Assembly: GCA_964655615.1 (NCBI GenBank)
Contig: CAZZPZ010000001.1
Span: 97,406-161,405 of the forward strand
Length of the DNA stretch: 64,000 nucleotides
Source of the DNA: an uncultured Paludibacter sp.
Lineage (GTDB): Bacteria > Bacteroidota > Bacteroidia > Bacteroidales > Paludibacteraceae
Direction: 5' to 3'
Shown here: positions 56,514 to 64,000 of the stretch, piece by piece
How the letters are laid out: each line of letters begins with the position of its first letter
Position numbering within the stretch: the first letter of the stretch is position 1
Notes under the pieces: generated by a model
What the model was told of the DNA's origin: nothing
The model's input: the letters and a program-made list of their open reading frames with translations, nothing else
The model's database searches: none
Program-made: the position numbers and the translations under genes

Positions 56514-56990
56514 TTAAATTTTCTCAGCTAAAAACGCATCAATTTTTTCGGGTTTTGTAATAGGTGAAAATCTCTTAACTGGTTGACCATTCTCATCTAT
56601 CAGGAATTTGGTGAAATTCCACTTGATATTGTCACCAAAAGTTCCCTTCAATTCCGATTTCAAATATTTGAATATTGGATGTGCATTTTCTCCATTGACT
56701 TCTATTTTGGAAAACATAGGAAAGGTTACCCCATAATTAACAAGACATCCTTCAGCGATAGATTTTTCATCGCCAGGTTCCTGATTACCAAATTGATTAC
56801 AAGGAAAACCAAGAACAACCAAGCCTTTGTCTTTGTATTTTTGATGTAATTTCTCAAGCCCATCGTATTGAGGCGTGAATCCACATTTGCTTGCAGTATT
56901 CACAACCAAAACTTTTTTCCCTTTAAATTGACTCATATCAAGCTCCTTACCTTGCAAGGTAATTGCTTTTAATTCATAAAACTTACTCAT
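56514..56990 (-). CDS. Glutathione peroxidase family (Cys-type)
   Basis: VNTASKCGFTPQY, GFPCNQFGNQEPG and IKWNFTKFLID motifs. Confidence 0.96.
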   Translation of the reverse strand: MSKFYELKAITLQGKELDMSQFKGKKVLVVNTASKCGFTPQYDGLEKLHQKYKDKGLVVLGFPCNQFGNQEPGDEKSIAEGCLVNYGVTFPMFSKIEVNGENAHPIFKYLKSELKGTFGDNIKWNFTKFLIDENGQPVKRFSPITKPEKIDAFLAEKI

Positions 56991-57019
56991 TTAATTGATG
57001 TTTTTTTTTTATTAAAGCA

Positions 57020-57027
57020 CAAAAATA
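57020..57027 (-). promoter_or_regulatory. -7 promoter box (TATTTTTG) for gpx and downstream genes
   Basis: Plus-strand CAAAAATA, 29 nt upstream of the gpx ATG. Confidence 0.55.
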
Positions 57028-57072
57028 AATCTTATTATTACTTATGTAAATTGATTTTGATAATATTAACAT

Positions 57073-60000
57073 TTACTTTAACTGCATGGTCAATGCAATG
57101 AGACCAACAATAACATCATTGGCAATAGCTTCCATTTTCAGCATTTTCAGATTTCGAGTAGGATCTACCTTGAAATCTATCAACACACCTGCGCCACCAT
57201 CAATTCTTCTACCGTATACTCCTTTAATTCCTAAGACATCACCCAACTTACGACTGTATTTTCCTGTCGAAAATTGTAAACGTATTGGAAGTTCACCTTC
57301 AATTTTAAATGCCTTACCATCTACATAAAAATCCTGTTCAATTGGAGCCCAATTTGTAGGATTCTCAAGCACTAGGGTATCTAAAGAATTATCTGTATAT
57401 TGAACAATCAAATTTGCATTTGGAACTTTATATTGCATGTGATTGGTTGTACCTGCCATTAATAGATAAAGGTGTGATGCATTTCCATCTATTGGAATTT
57501 CAATTTGATTAGGATAGTTATCCCACAATGAAACAAAACTTATATTTTTACCCTGTTTTACTGTTTCAAAGGGAATATTTTCTACGACTAAATTTCCAGT
57601 TCTCAAAGCTGAATCCTTTATTACTGCACTGGTGGTTGGATGACACCATTCACCAATTCCCTGTAGGGGGATTTGTAATGTAGTGTAAGGAGATCTTGGA
57701 CTTAAATATTTATTTTTAAAGATGTTTGTCAAACTATCATTACAATATTCGACTATATTTATTGGTTTACATTTTAAAGCCTTAATTTCAGAGAAATCTT
57801 GATTATTTAATATTTTTTTAGGTACTTGATAATGAACGGCTTGTAACCAGGTAAAATCTCCTTGACTTACCGGTTCAAAGGCTGTTTGAGGAATTCGATA
57901 CACAGACGACTCTTTAACCTTGATATCTAGAGGATTTCCAATGAATCCCAATTCAATTTTGATGTTTTTTTCAGCCTTTGCAATTATCCTTATTTTAGGT
58001 TGTCCAATAGATTCATCTAGCGTTGTCCATTTATATTCAACATCATTAAGCCGAACTGATTTTAATATTTCATAAGATACAGGAAGAACAAATAATACAG
58101 AATCAAGATTCTCAAAATTATTTTCAAGTTGATAATATATATTTTTATCATTTTTTCGGAAGTTAAAATTGACAGTACCATTGGAAATTGATGCAAAATT
58201 CCAGTCCGATGGAAAACCAGGTTGTATCAACAATTTCTTATCTAAGAGTTGAGGTGTGATACCAAATAGACCTTGTACCAAAGCTCTGGAACCAATTCCA
58301 ACAGGATCTCCAAAATCCCTGTAACACTCACCTCTAGCTGTATCATAATAACTAATTTGACCTACATTACCAGGACTTTGTCCCATAAACATATTGTCTA
58401 ATACAACACTTTTAAAAAGATTAAAAGCCTCATCATTACGACCACCTTGCCAATACGCAAGAGCAGTATGATAATTTTCAGCGATAGCCACATTATTGAT
58501 AGACCAAGAATAAGGCATCCATGAGGAAGTAGAAAGGACCTTGTATTTATCTTCTTCAAGCCCTTCAGCTTCCAAATTTATATGTGGGATATGATTGTCA
58601 ATATATCTGGTAGCTAGATATGCTTGTTTAGGAGTAGCAATCTCTCCATCAATAGCATGATAAATTGTCCAAATTGCCGGATATTCATGTAACAAAGCTT
58701 TGCCCATTTTATCTTTGTATTCTGCCCATACGCCTTTGTGAGGCAACCACAGAGTTTTATTTATATTCTCCAGAATTTTTGCAGCCTCTACTTCGTAAGG
58801 ATGAGGATTTTCACCGATTAAACCTGCTATTTTTGCAGCCAACAAATTAGACCGATAATTATAAGCAGAAGAATGAGTCACAGCCCCACTATTATAATAG
58901 AGAGCATCAGAAGCCCAAATGGAAGCATATGCATCATATAACCCATCATTATCGGGATCAAAATTTTTTTTCTCCCACTCCAAAGATAATTTAATTGTAG
59001 GCCAGATTTCTTTCACAAACCCAAGGTCACCAGTCCATTGCATATGCCACAACAATTCATCCAAATAAGCAAGATTCATATCATAATGATGCATTTGATT
59101 GTTTCTGTTTGGATTTCTACAAATATATCCATTACTATACATTGGACTTCCCCAAACTTTTGCAGCACGAGCAAAATTTAGAGTCGTATCTTGAAATGGA
59201 TGTTTAAATACAACAGGGACATCACTCACTTGTGAAGCAGCATAGGCTTTAAAGTGAGTTCTTGCCCTATCATGCCAACCCATCACATCGCCAGTATAGG
59301 CTGCTCTCCATCCAGGCAAAGGCATTCTCCAACCAATGGCACCATGCATCCACACTGTTCCATCCCAGATACCATCAGCGGCTAAGGAAAATACTGGCCC
59401 TAGTGTATTAATATAGGGGTCAGGAGTTTTTACCAATAGTTTAGTTGAGACATTCCGTGCATCCGATTTTGATTTATCAAACAAATTTTTGAGTGAAGAG
59501 TAATTTAGATCCTCATTTGAATTATAAAACAAAGCGAGATAGATACTATTGGATTTTAATACTGTATGACCATCCACTACAGGACCAGATTTTAATTTTA
59601 ATTTAGCATTCTCTGGAAATACTCCATTAATTTTCAAACTTGCATTCGGGCCAAACAACAATTCAAATTTATTTTGATTGATGAAGAATTGATTATTAGT
59701 ACAATATTCAGGTTTAAGAGAAAAGCTATCCTCAGGATCCACACCCAAGTCACCTTCTCTACTAAATCGTTTATAAGAAGCCCCTCCAAAAGTCCAGATT
59801 AATTCTAAATCCTTGGGAAGATTTACACCATCTATTTTCATCACCATCCCTTCTCTTTCCGAAAGAGCCAAAACAGTAATTTGTATCAAACCTTTATTGA
59901 AAAGTTTGTCTTTAATTGTATAAATTCTGGAACCATTACTATATGATGATTCTATAAAATCAGCATCATTTAGGGATTTTAACTCATTATCCCTTTTGAT

Positions 60001-60285
60001 TTTAAAAGATAGATTACCGCCCATTCTTGGCAAATACAAGGCAAATTCAGGCACATCACCAGTTTCAACTCTAAAGCCAGTGTTGGAACCATAAAGAGCT
60101 CTATTGAATTTCTTTGTGCCATTTACAATCACAATAGCTTCATTTTGAGGAAAATATCTAAGACTACGTTTTTGACTATAGTCTTTGGAATCTATATATA
60201 AATTCAATTCAGGATCGAAAGTTTTCTGAGATTTGACTGCAAAGCAAGCAATCAGCAAAAAGGAAATAATGAATTTAAATTTCAT
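57073..60285 (-). CDS. Large secreted protein, DUF4450-type, with a probable (alpha/alpha)6 glycosidase-like core
   Basis: Signal peptide; FNRALYG...FRVETGDVPEF N-terminus; GWRMPLPGWRAAYTGDVMGWHDR; HHYDMNL; DPDNDGLYDAYASIWASD; C-terminal ANDVIVGLIALT. Family call is from memory of similar Bacteroidales proteins. Confidence 0.65.
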   Translation of the reverse strand: MKFKFIISFLLIACFAVKSQKTFDPELNLYIDSKDYSQKRSLRYFPQNEAIVIVNGTKKFNRALYGSNTGFRVETGDVPEFALYLPRMGGNLSFKIKRDNELKSLNDADFIESSYSNGSRIYTIKDKLFNKGLIQITVLALSEREGMVMKIDGVNLPKDLELIWTFGGASYKRFSREGDLGVDPEDSFSLKPEYCTNNQFFINQNKFELLFGPNASLKINGVFPENAKLKLKSGPVVDGHTVLKSNSIYLALFYNSNEDLNYSSLKNLFDKSKSDARNVSTKLLVKTPDPYINTLGPVFSLAADGIWDGTVWMHGAIGWRMPLPGWRAAYTGDVMGWHDRARTHFKAYAASQVSDVPVVFKHPFQDTTLNFARAAKVWGSPMYSNGYICRNPNRNNQMHHYDMNLAYLDELLWHMQWTGDLGFVKEIWPTIKLSLEWEKKNFDPDNDGLYDAYASIWASDALYYNSGAVTHSSAYNYRSNLLAAKIAGLIGENPHPYEVEAAKILENINKTLWLPHKGVWAEYKDKMGKALLHEYPAIWTIYHAIDGEIATPKQAYLATRYIDNHIPHINLEAEGLEEDKYKVLSTSSWMPYSWSINNVAIAENYHTALAYWQGGRNDEAFNLFKSVVLDNMFMGQSPGNVGQISYYDTARGECYRDFGDPVGIGSRALVQGLFGITPQLLDKKLLIQPGFPSDWNFASISNGTVNFNFRKNDKNIYYQLENNFENLDSVLFVLPVSYEILKSVRLNDVEYKWTTLDESIGQPKIRIIAKAEKNIKIELGFIGNPLDIKVKESSVYRIPQTAFEPVSQGDFTWLQAVHYQVPKKILNNQDFSEIKALKCKPINIVEYCNDSLTNIFKNKYLSPRSPYTTLQIPLQGIGEWCHPTTSAVIKDSALRTGNLVVENIPFETVKQGKNISFVSLWDNYPNQIEIPIDGNASHLYLLMAGTTNHMQYKVPNANLIVQYTDNSLDTLVLENPTNWAPIEQDFYVDGKAFKIEGELPIRLQFSTGKYSRKLGDVLGIKGVYGRRIDGGAGVLIDFKVDPTRNLKMLKMEAIANDVIVGLIALTMQLK

Positions 60286-60308
60286 GGTATTTTGAAAAGG
60301 TGTATATA

Positions 60309-60316
60309 CAAAGATA
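60309..60316 (-). promoter_or_regulatory. -7 promoter box (TATCTTTG) for the DUF4450-type gene
   Basis: Plus-strand CAAAGATA, 23 nt upstream of the ATG and just downstream of the mutase terminator. Confidence 0.65.
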
Positions 60317-60325
60317 ATACAAGAA

Positions 60326-60355
60326 AAGAAAAAGCTACCTTATGCAGGTAGCTTT
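60326..60355 (-). terminator. Intrinsic terminator after the mutase operon
   Basis: AAAGCTACCT-(5 nt)-AGGTAGCTTT followed on the minus strand by a T-rich tract. Confidence 0.85.
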
Positions 60356-60382
60356 CCTATAGAAATTATTTAATTATTCAAA

Positions 60383-62509
60383 TTAATCTTCAAGTAAAAT
60401 CTCCATTATGGTAACAGCAGCTTTTGCAACTGGACTACCAGGACCAAATATTGCAGCTACACCTGATTTATAAAGGAAGTCATAATCTTGGGCAGGTATT
60501 ACACCACCTGCTATCACAAGAATATCTTCACGTCCTAATTTTTTAAGTTCCTCAATTACTTGCGGCACCAAAGTTTTATGGCCGGCAGCAAGAGAAGAAA
60601 CTCCCAAAACATGAACATCATTTTCCACCGCTTGTTTAGCAGCTTCTGCAGGCGTTTGGAACAATGGCCCCATATCCACATCAAATCCACAGTCGGCATA
60701 ACCAGTAGCAACAACTTTGGCACCACGGTCATGACCGTCCTGTCCCATTTTTGCTATCATAATTCGTGGTCTACGGCCTTCTTTCTTTGCAAACTGTTCT
60801 GTCAGCGAGCAAGCTTCCTTGAAGTTTGCATCATTACCGGTTTCTGCTGAATACACTCCTGAAATGGTTCTAATTGTTGCTTTATATCTACCTGAAACTG
60901 CTTCACAAGCATCAGAAATCTCCCCTAAGGAAGCACGAACACGTGCTGCTTCCACAGCCAATTCAAGCAAATTACCTTTACCCGATTTAGCACATTTTGT
61001 GATAGCCTCTAATGCTGCTTTTACTTCTATTTCGTTGCGATTAGCACGTAATTGTTGTAAACGCTCAATCTGTTGTGCACGAACAGCAGTATTATCGACC
61101 TCTAAGATATCAATTGGATCTTCTTTTTCCAAACGGTATTGATTTACACCAACAATAGTTTGAGTCCCTGAGTCTATACGCGCTTGTGTTCTAGCTGCAG
61201 CCTCTTCAATACGCATTTTGGGAATTCCGGTTTCAATTGCAGCAGCCATACCACCCAATTTTTCAACCTCTTCAATCAGAGCCCATGCTTTTTCAACCAA
61301 TTCATCAGTTAAAGATTCAACATAATATGAACCTGCCCATGGATCCACTTCGCGACAAATTTCAGTTTCTTGTTGAATAAAGAGCTGGGTGTTTCTTGCA
61401 ATACGAGCAGAAAAATCAGTAGGCAATGCAATAGCCTCATCTAAAGCATTGGTATGCAATGATTGTGTATGACCGAGTGCAGCACCCATAGCTTCTATAC
61501 AAGTACGACCCACATTGTTAAATGGATCCTGTTCAGTAAGTGACCATCCAGAAGTTTGAGAATGAGTTCTCAATGCCAATGATTTTGGATTCTTGGGATT
61601 GAATTGTTTCACAATTCTAGCCCAAAGTAGTCTTGCAGCACGCATTTTAGCAATCTCCATGAAATGATTCATTCCTATAGCCCAGAAAAATGAAAGACGC
61701 GGAGCAAACGAATCTATATCCATACCAGCATTCACACCAGCTCTAAGATATTCCAAACCATCTGCTAAAGTATATGCCAATTCAATGTCAGCTGTAGCTC
61801 CAGCTTCCTGCATGTGATATCCAGATATAGATATAGAATTGAATTTAGGCATATTTTTGGAAGTATATTCAAAAATATCAGCAATGATCTTCATGGAAAA
61901 TTTTGGAGGATATATATAGGTGTTTCTAACCATAAACTCCTTTAGAATATCGTTTTGAATGGTACCAGCCATTTCTTCCAATTTAGCACCTTGTTCAAGA
62001 CCTGCATTGATATAAAAGGCAAGTATTGGCAATACTGCACCATTCATAGTCATGGAAACAGACATTTTATTCAAAGGAATACCATCGAATAAAACTTTCA
62101 TATCTTCGACTGAACAGATTGAAACACCAGCTTTACCTACATCGCCAACAACTCTTTCATGATCAGCATCATATCCACGATGTGTCGCCAAATCGAATGC
62201 AACAGATAACCCTTTCTGACCAGCTGCTAAATTGCGACGATAGAAGGCATTTGACTCTTCAGCTGTAGAAAATCCAGCATATTGTCTAATAGTCCAGGGT
62301 TGCATTGCATACATAACACTATAAGGACCACGAAGAAAAGGAGGTAAACCTGCAGCATAATTAAGATGATGCATACCTTTTAAATCTGCTTCAGTATAGT
62401 AGTTTTTTACTAGTATTTGTTCTGGAGTCAACCAGTTCCTAATTTCACTTTGTTTAGCCTGAGAACTAGTGGATTGTTTTATGTCTATATTTTTAAAATT
62501 AGGACTCAT
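60383..62509 (-). CDS. scpA: Methylmalonyl-CoA mutase, large catalytic B12-binding subunit
   Basis: [48 protein letters not shown] and the MGQDGHDRG (DxHxxG) cobalamin motif. Confidence 0.98.
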   Translation of the reverse strand: MSPNFKNIDIKQSTSSQAKQSEIRNWLTPEQILVKNYYTEADLKGMHHLNYAAGLPPFLRGPYSVMYAMQPWTIRQYAGFSTAEESNAFYRRNLAAGQKGLSVAFDLATHRGYDADHERVVGDVGKAGVSICSVEDMKVLFDGIPLNKMSVSMTMNGAVLPILAFYINAGLEQGAKLEEMAGTIQNDILKEFMVRNTYIYPPKFSMKIIADIFEYTSKNMPKFNSISISGYHMQEAGATADIELAYTLADGLEYLRAGVNAGMDIDSFAPRLSFFWAIGMNHFMEIAKMRAARLLWARIVKQFNPKNPKSLALRTHSQTSGWSLTEQDPFNNVGRTCIEAMGAALGHTQSLHTNALDEAIALPTDFSARIARNTQLFIQQETEICREVDPWAGSYYVESLTDELVEKAWALIEEVEKLGGMAAAIETGIPKMRIEEAAARTQARIDSGTQTIVGVNQYRLEKEDPIDILEVDNTAVRAQQIERLQQLRANRNEIEVKAALEAITKCAKSGKGNLLELAVEAARVRASLGEISDACEAVSGRYKATIRTISGVYSAETGNDANFKEACSLTEQFAKKEGRRPRIMIAKMGQDGHDRGAKVVATGYADCGFDVDMGPLFQTPAEAAKQAVENDVHVLGVSSLAAGHKTLVPQVIEELKKLGREDILVIAGGVIPAQDYDFLYKSGVAAIFGPGSPVAKAAVTIMEILLED

Positions 62510-62511
62510 CC

Positions 62512-64000
62512 TTAATCAATTTTTAGAAGTGAATTAAACTGTTTTAGAGTTCCCAGAACATTTGATTTTACATTAATAAAATGTTCTACACCTTTAGATT
62601 TCAATTCATCCGTACAAGCGGGAGCTCCTGCAATAACTAAGATTTCCTTACCTAATATCAACTCAGCAGCCTGAATACCATATTCTGAATATTCTTCATC
62701 ACTTGAACAAAGAACAATTATATCTGCTCCAATTTTACGAGCAGCTTCCACACCTTCAGCAACTGAAATAAATCCAAGGTTGTCTATAACCTGGTAACCA
62801 GCACAAGCAAAGAAATTACATGAAAATTGAGCACGTGCCAATCTCATAGCTAAATTTCCTATGGTTAGCATAAACACCTTTGGTGTTTTTGCTGCCATTT
62901 CAGTAGCTAATCTTAAAGTTTCAAATGCTTCACCTGCACGCAATTGATTCAATTTCAAAGAGGATGATTGATTATATTGATCTTGTTCAAATTTAATTTT
63001 CGAGTTCGCTTTTTCAGTGAAATTAGGAAATTGATTTGTACCCAATACTATTTCACGACGACTGGAGACATTTTTGAATCTTTCCTGAGCAGTTGAGTTT
63101 ATCTTTTCCTGCAATTTGCCTGATTGAACATAAAAATAAAATCCACCATTATCTTCCACTTCCAAAAACAGATTCCAAGCCTTTTCTGCTATCTTTCTGG
63201 TTAATGTTTCTATATAATAAGAACCAGCCGCAGCATCAATAACTTTATCAAAATTGGATTCTTCTTTAAGTAGTAATTGTTGATTTCTAGCTATACGTTG
63301 GGAAAAATCGTCTGAATTCTGATACGTACAGTCAAATGGAAGTACAGTCATCGAATTGACACCCCCTAATGAAGCACTCATTGCTTCAGTTTGTGTACGC
63401 AACATATTTACATGAGCATCAAAGGTAGTTTTATTGAAAGTTGTGGTTTCTGCATGAATTCGAATTTTTGCTGCACATTTACATTTTCCATTCACAGTAT
63501 GTGAGCAATCTGTTTTGTTACAATCAGGTTCATAAGCATCAACAATCAGCGCCCACAACCACCGGGCAGCTCTAAATTTAGCAATTTCCATAAAGTAATT
63601 GCCTCCTATACCCATATTAAATCGAATGTTTTTGGCTGCAATAACTTTTTCAACACCGTTTTCAATTAGATCTGACATATATTCATTACCCCAAGCCAAT
63701 GCATAAGCTAATTCCTGGGAAACATTTGCTCCAGCATTTACCAATATCTTTGAGTTAATATTTACAACTCTGTAATGAGGTAATGTTATTGCAGCATTCA
63801 AGGTAGATGTAATTTGATCTTTTATTTCAGACAAACTTATTTCCCGACCTTTTAACAACATGGATTGGATGGGATCTAAATTGATAGAACCCTGTAATTT
63901 CGCAAAATCATAAGCTTTGGTTTTGTAATATTCAACCAAAATCGAGGCAAGTTCTGAAGCTTTGGATCTACAAACAATAAAATTAATCTCTATACAGTCT
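62512..64000 (-). CDS. mutA: Methylmalonyl-CoA mutase small subunit (5' part outside the window)
   Basis: [52 protein letters not shown] and VLGTNQFPN, with no DxHxxG motif. The frame stays open to the window edge. Confidence 0.93.
   Translation of the reverse strand, partial: DCIEINFIVCRSKASELASILVEYYKTKAYDFAKLQGSINLDPIQSMLLKGREISLSEIKDQITSTLNAAITLPHYRVVNINSKILVNAGANVSQELAYALAWGNEYMSDLIENGVEKVIAAKNIRFNMGIGGNYFMEIAKFRAARWLWALIVDAYEPDCNKTDCSHTVNGKCKCAAKIRIHAETTTFNKTTFDAHVNMLRTQTEAMSASLGGVNSMTVLPFDCTYQNSDDFSQRIARNQQLLLKEESNFDKVIDAAAGSYYIETLTRKIAEKAWNLFLEVEDNGGFYFYVQSGKLQEKINSTAQERFKNVSSRREIVLGTNQFPNFTEKANSKIKFEQDQYNQSSSLKLNQLRAGEAFETLRLATEMAAKTPKVFMLTIGNLAMRLARAQFSCNFFACAGYQVIDNLGFISVAEGVEAARKIGADIIVLCSSDEEYSEYGIQAAELILGKEILVIAGAPACTDELKSKGVEHFINVKSNVLGTLKQFNSLLKID

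Noticed and set aside
56514-56990. Selenocysteine in the glutathione peroxidase
   Set aside because: The active-site codon is TGT (Cys) and there is no in-frame TGA.
57001-57010. T10 homopolymer upstream of gpx as a phase-variation tract
   Set aside because: It is an A-rich translation leader on the coding strand, typical of Bacteroidota, and lies outside both the promoter spacer and the coding sequence.
2013-61142. About 50 short ORFs of 60-150 aa in the ORF track that are antisense to, or out of frame within, long genes
   Set aside because: They lie wholly inside well-supported genes and show no family motifs. They are shadow ORFs expected from codon bias.
1-64000. tRNA, rRNA, riboswitch, integrase, transposase or prophage genes
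   Set aside because: None was recognisable by eye. All intergenic gaps are under 200 bp and are explained by promoters, leaders or terminators. A covariance-model scan would be needed to exclude small RNAs.

Overview
An AT-rich, gene-dense 64 kb segment of a Bacteroidota chromosome, probably an anaerobic Bacteroidales member. The assignment rests on TAnnTTTG -7 promoter boxes before many transcription units, a type IX secretion (T9SS) C-terminal domain and a long-tailed S16. Most of the window is housekeeping and fermentative metabolism: secA-lgt-ubiE, an acyl-CoA carboxylase operon, a four-subunit 2-oxoacid:ferredoxin oxidoreductase, pyrBI-glyA, ppdK, PFOR, rimP-nusA-infB, rpsP and methylmalonyl-CoA mutase. 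I found no rRNA, tRNA, CRISPR array, integrase or transposase. I cannot point to one unmistakable new system. The best leads are: (1) a candidate pyrL-like attenuator upstream of pyrBI, where an unannotated 26-codon leader ORF runs through a terminator hairpin and its stop overlaps the pyrB start; (2) an AAA+/HTH protein with a natural Walker-B Glu-to-Gln change, apparently co-transcribed with PFOR behind a promoter carrying an inverted repeat; (3) a T9SS beta-helix-like protein paired with a small protein that has a PID-CTERM-like tail; (4) tandem PagL-like outer-membrane paralogues, one with Thr at the catalytic Ser position; (5) a secreted low-complexity protein paired with a FadL-like barrel. 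All product calls come from motifs recognised by eye; no database search was run. Several start codons were moved from the ORF track to more plausible downstream ATGs.
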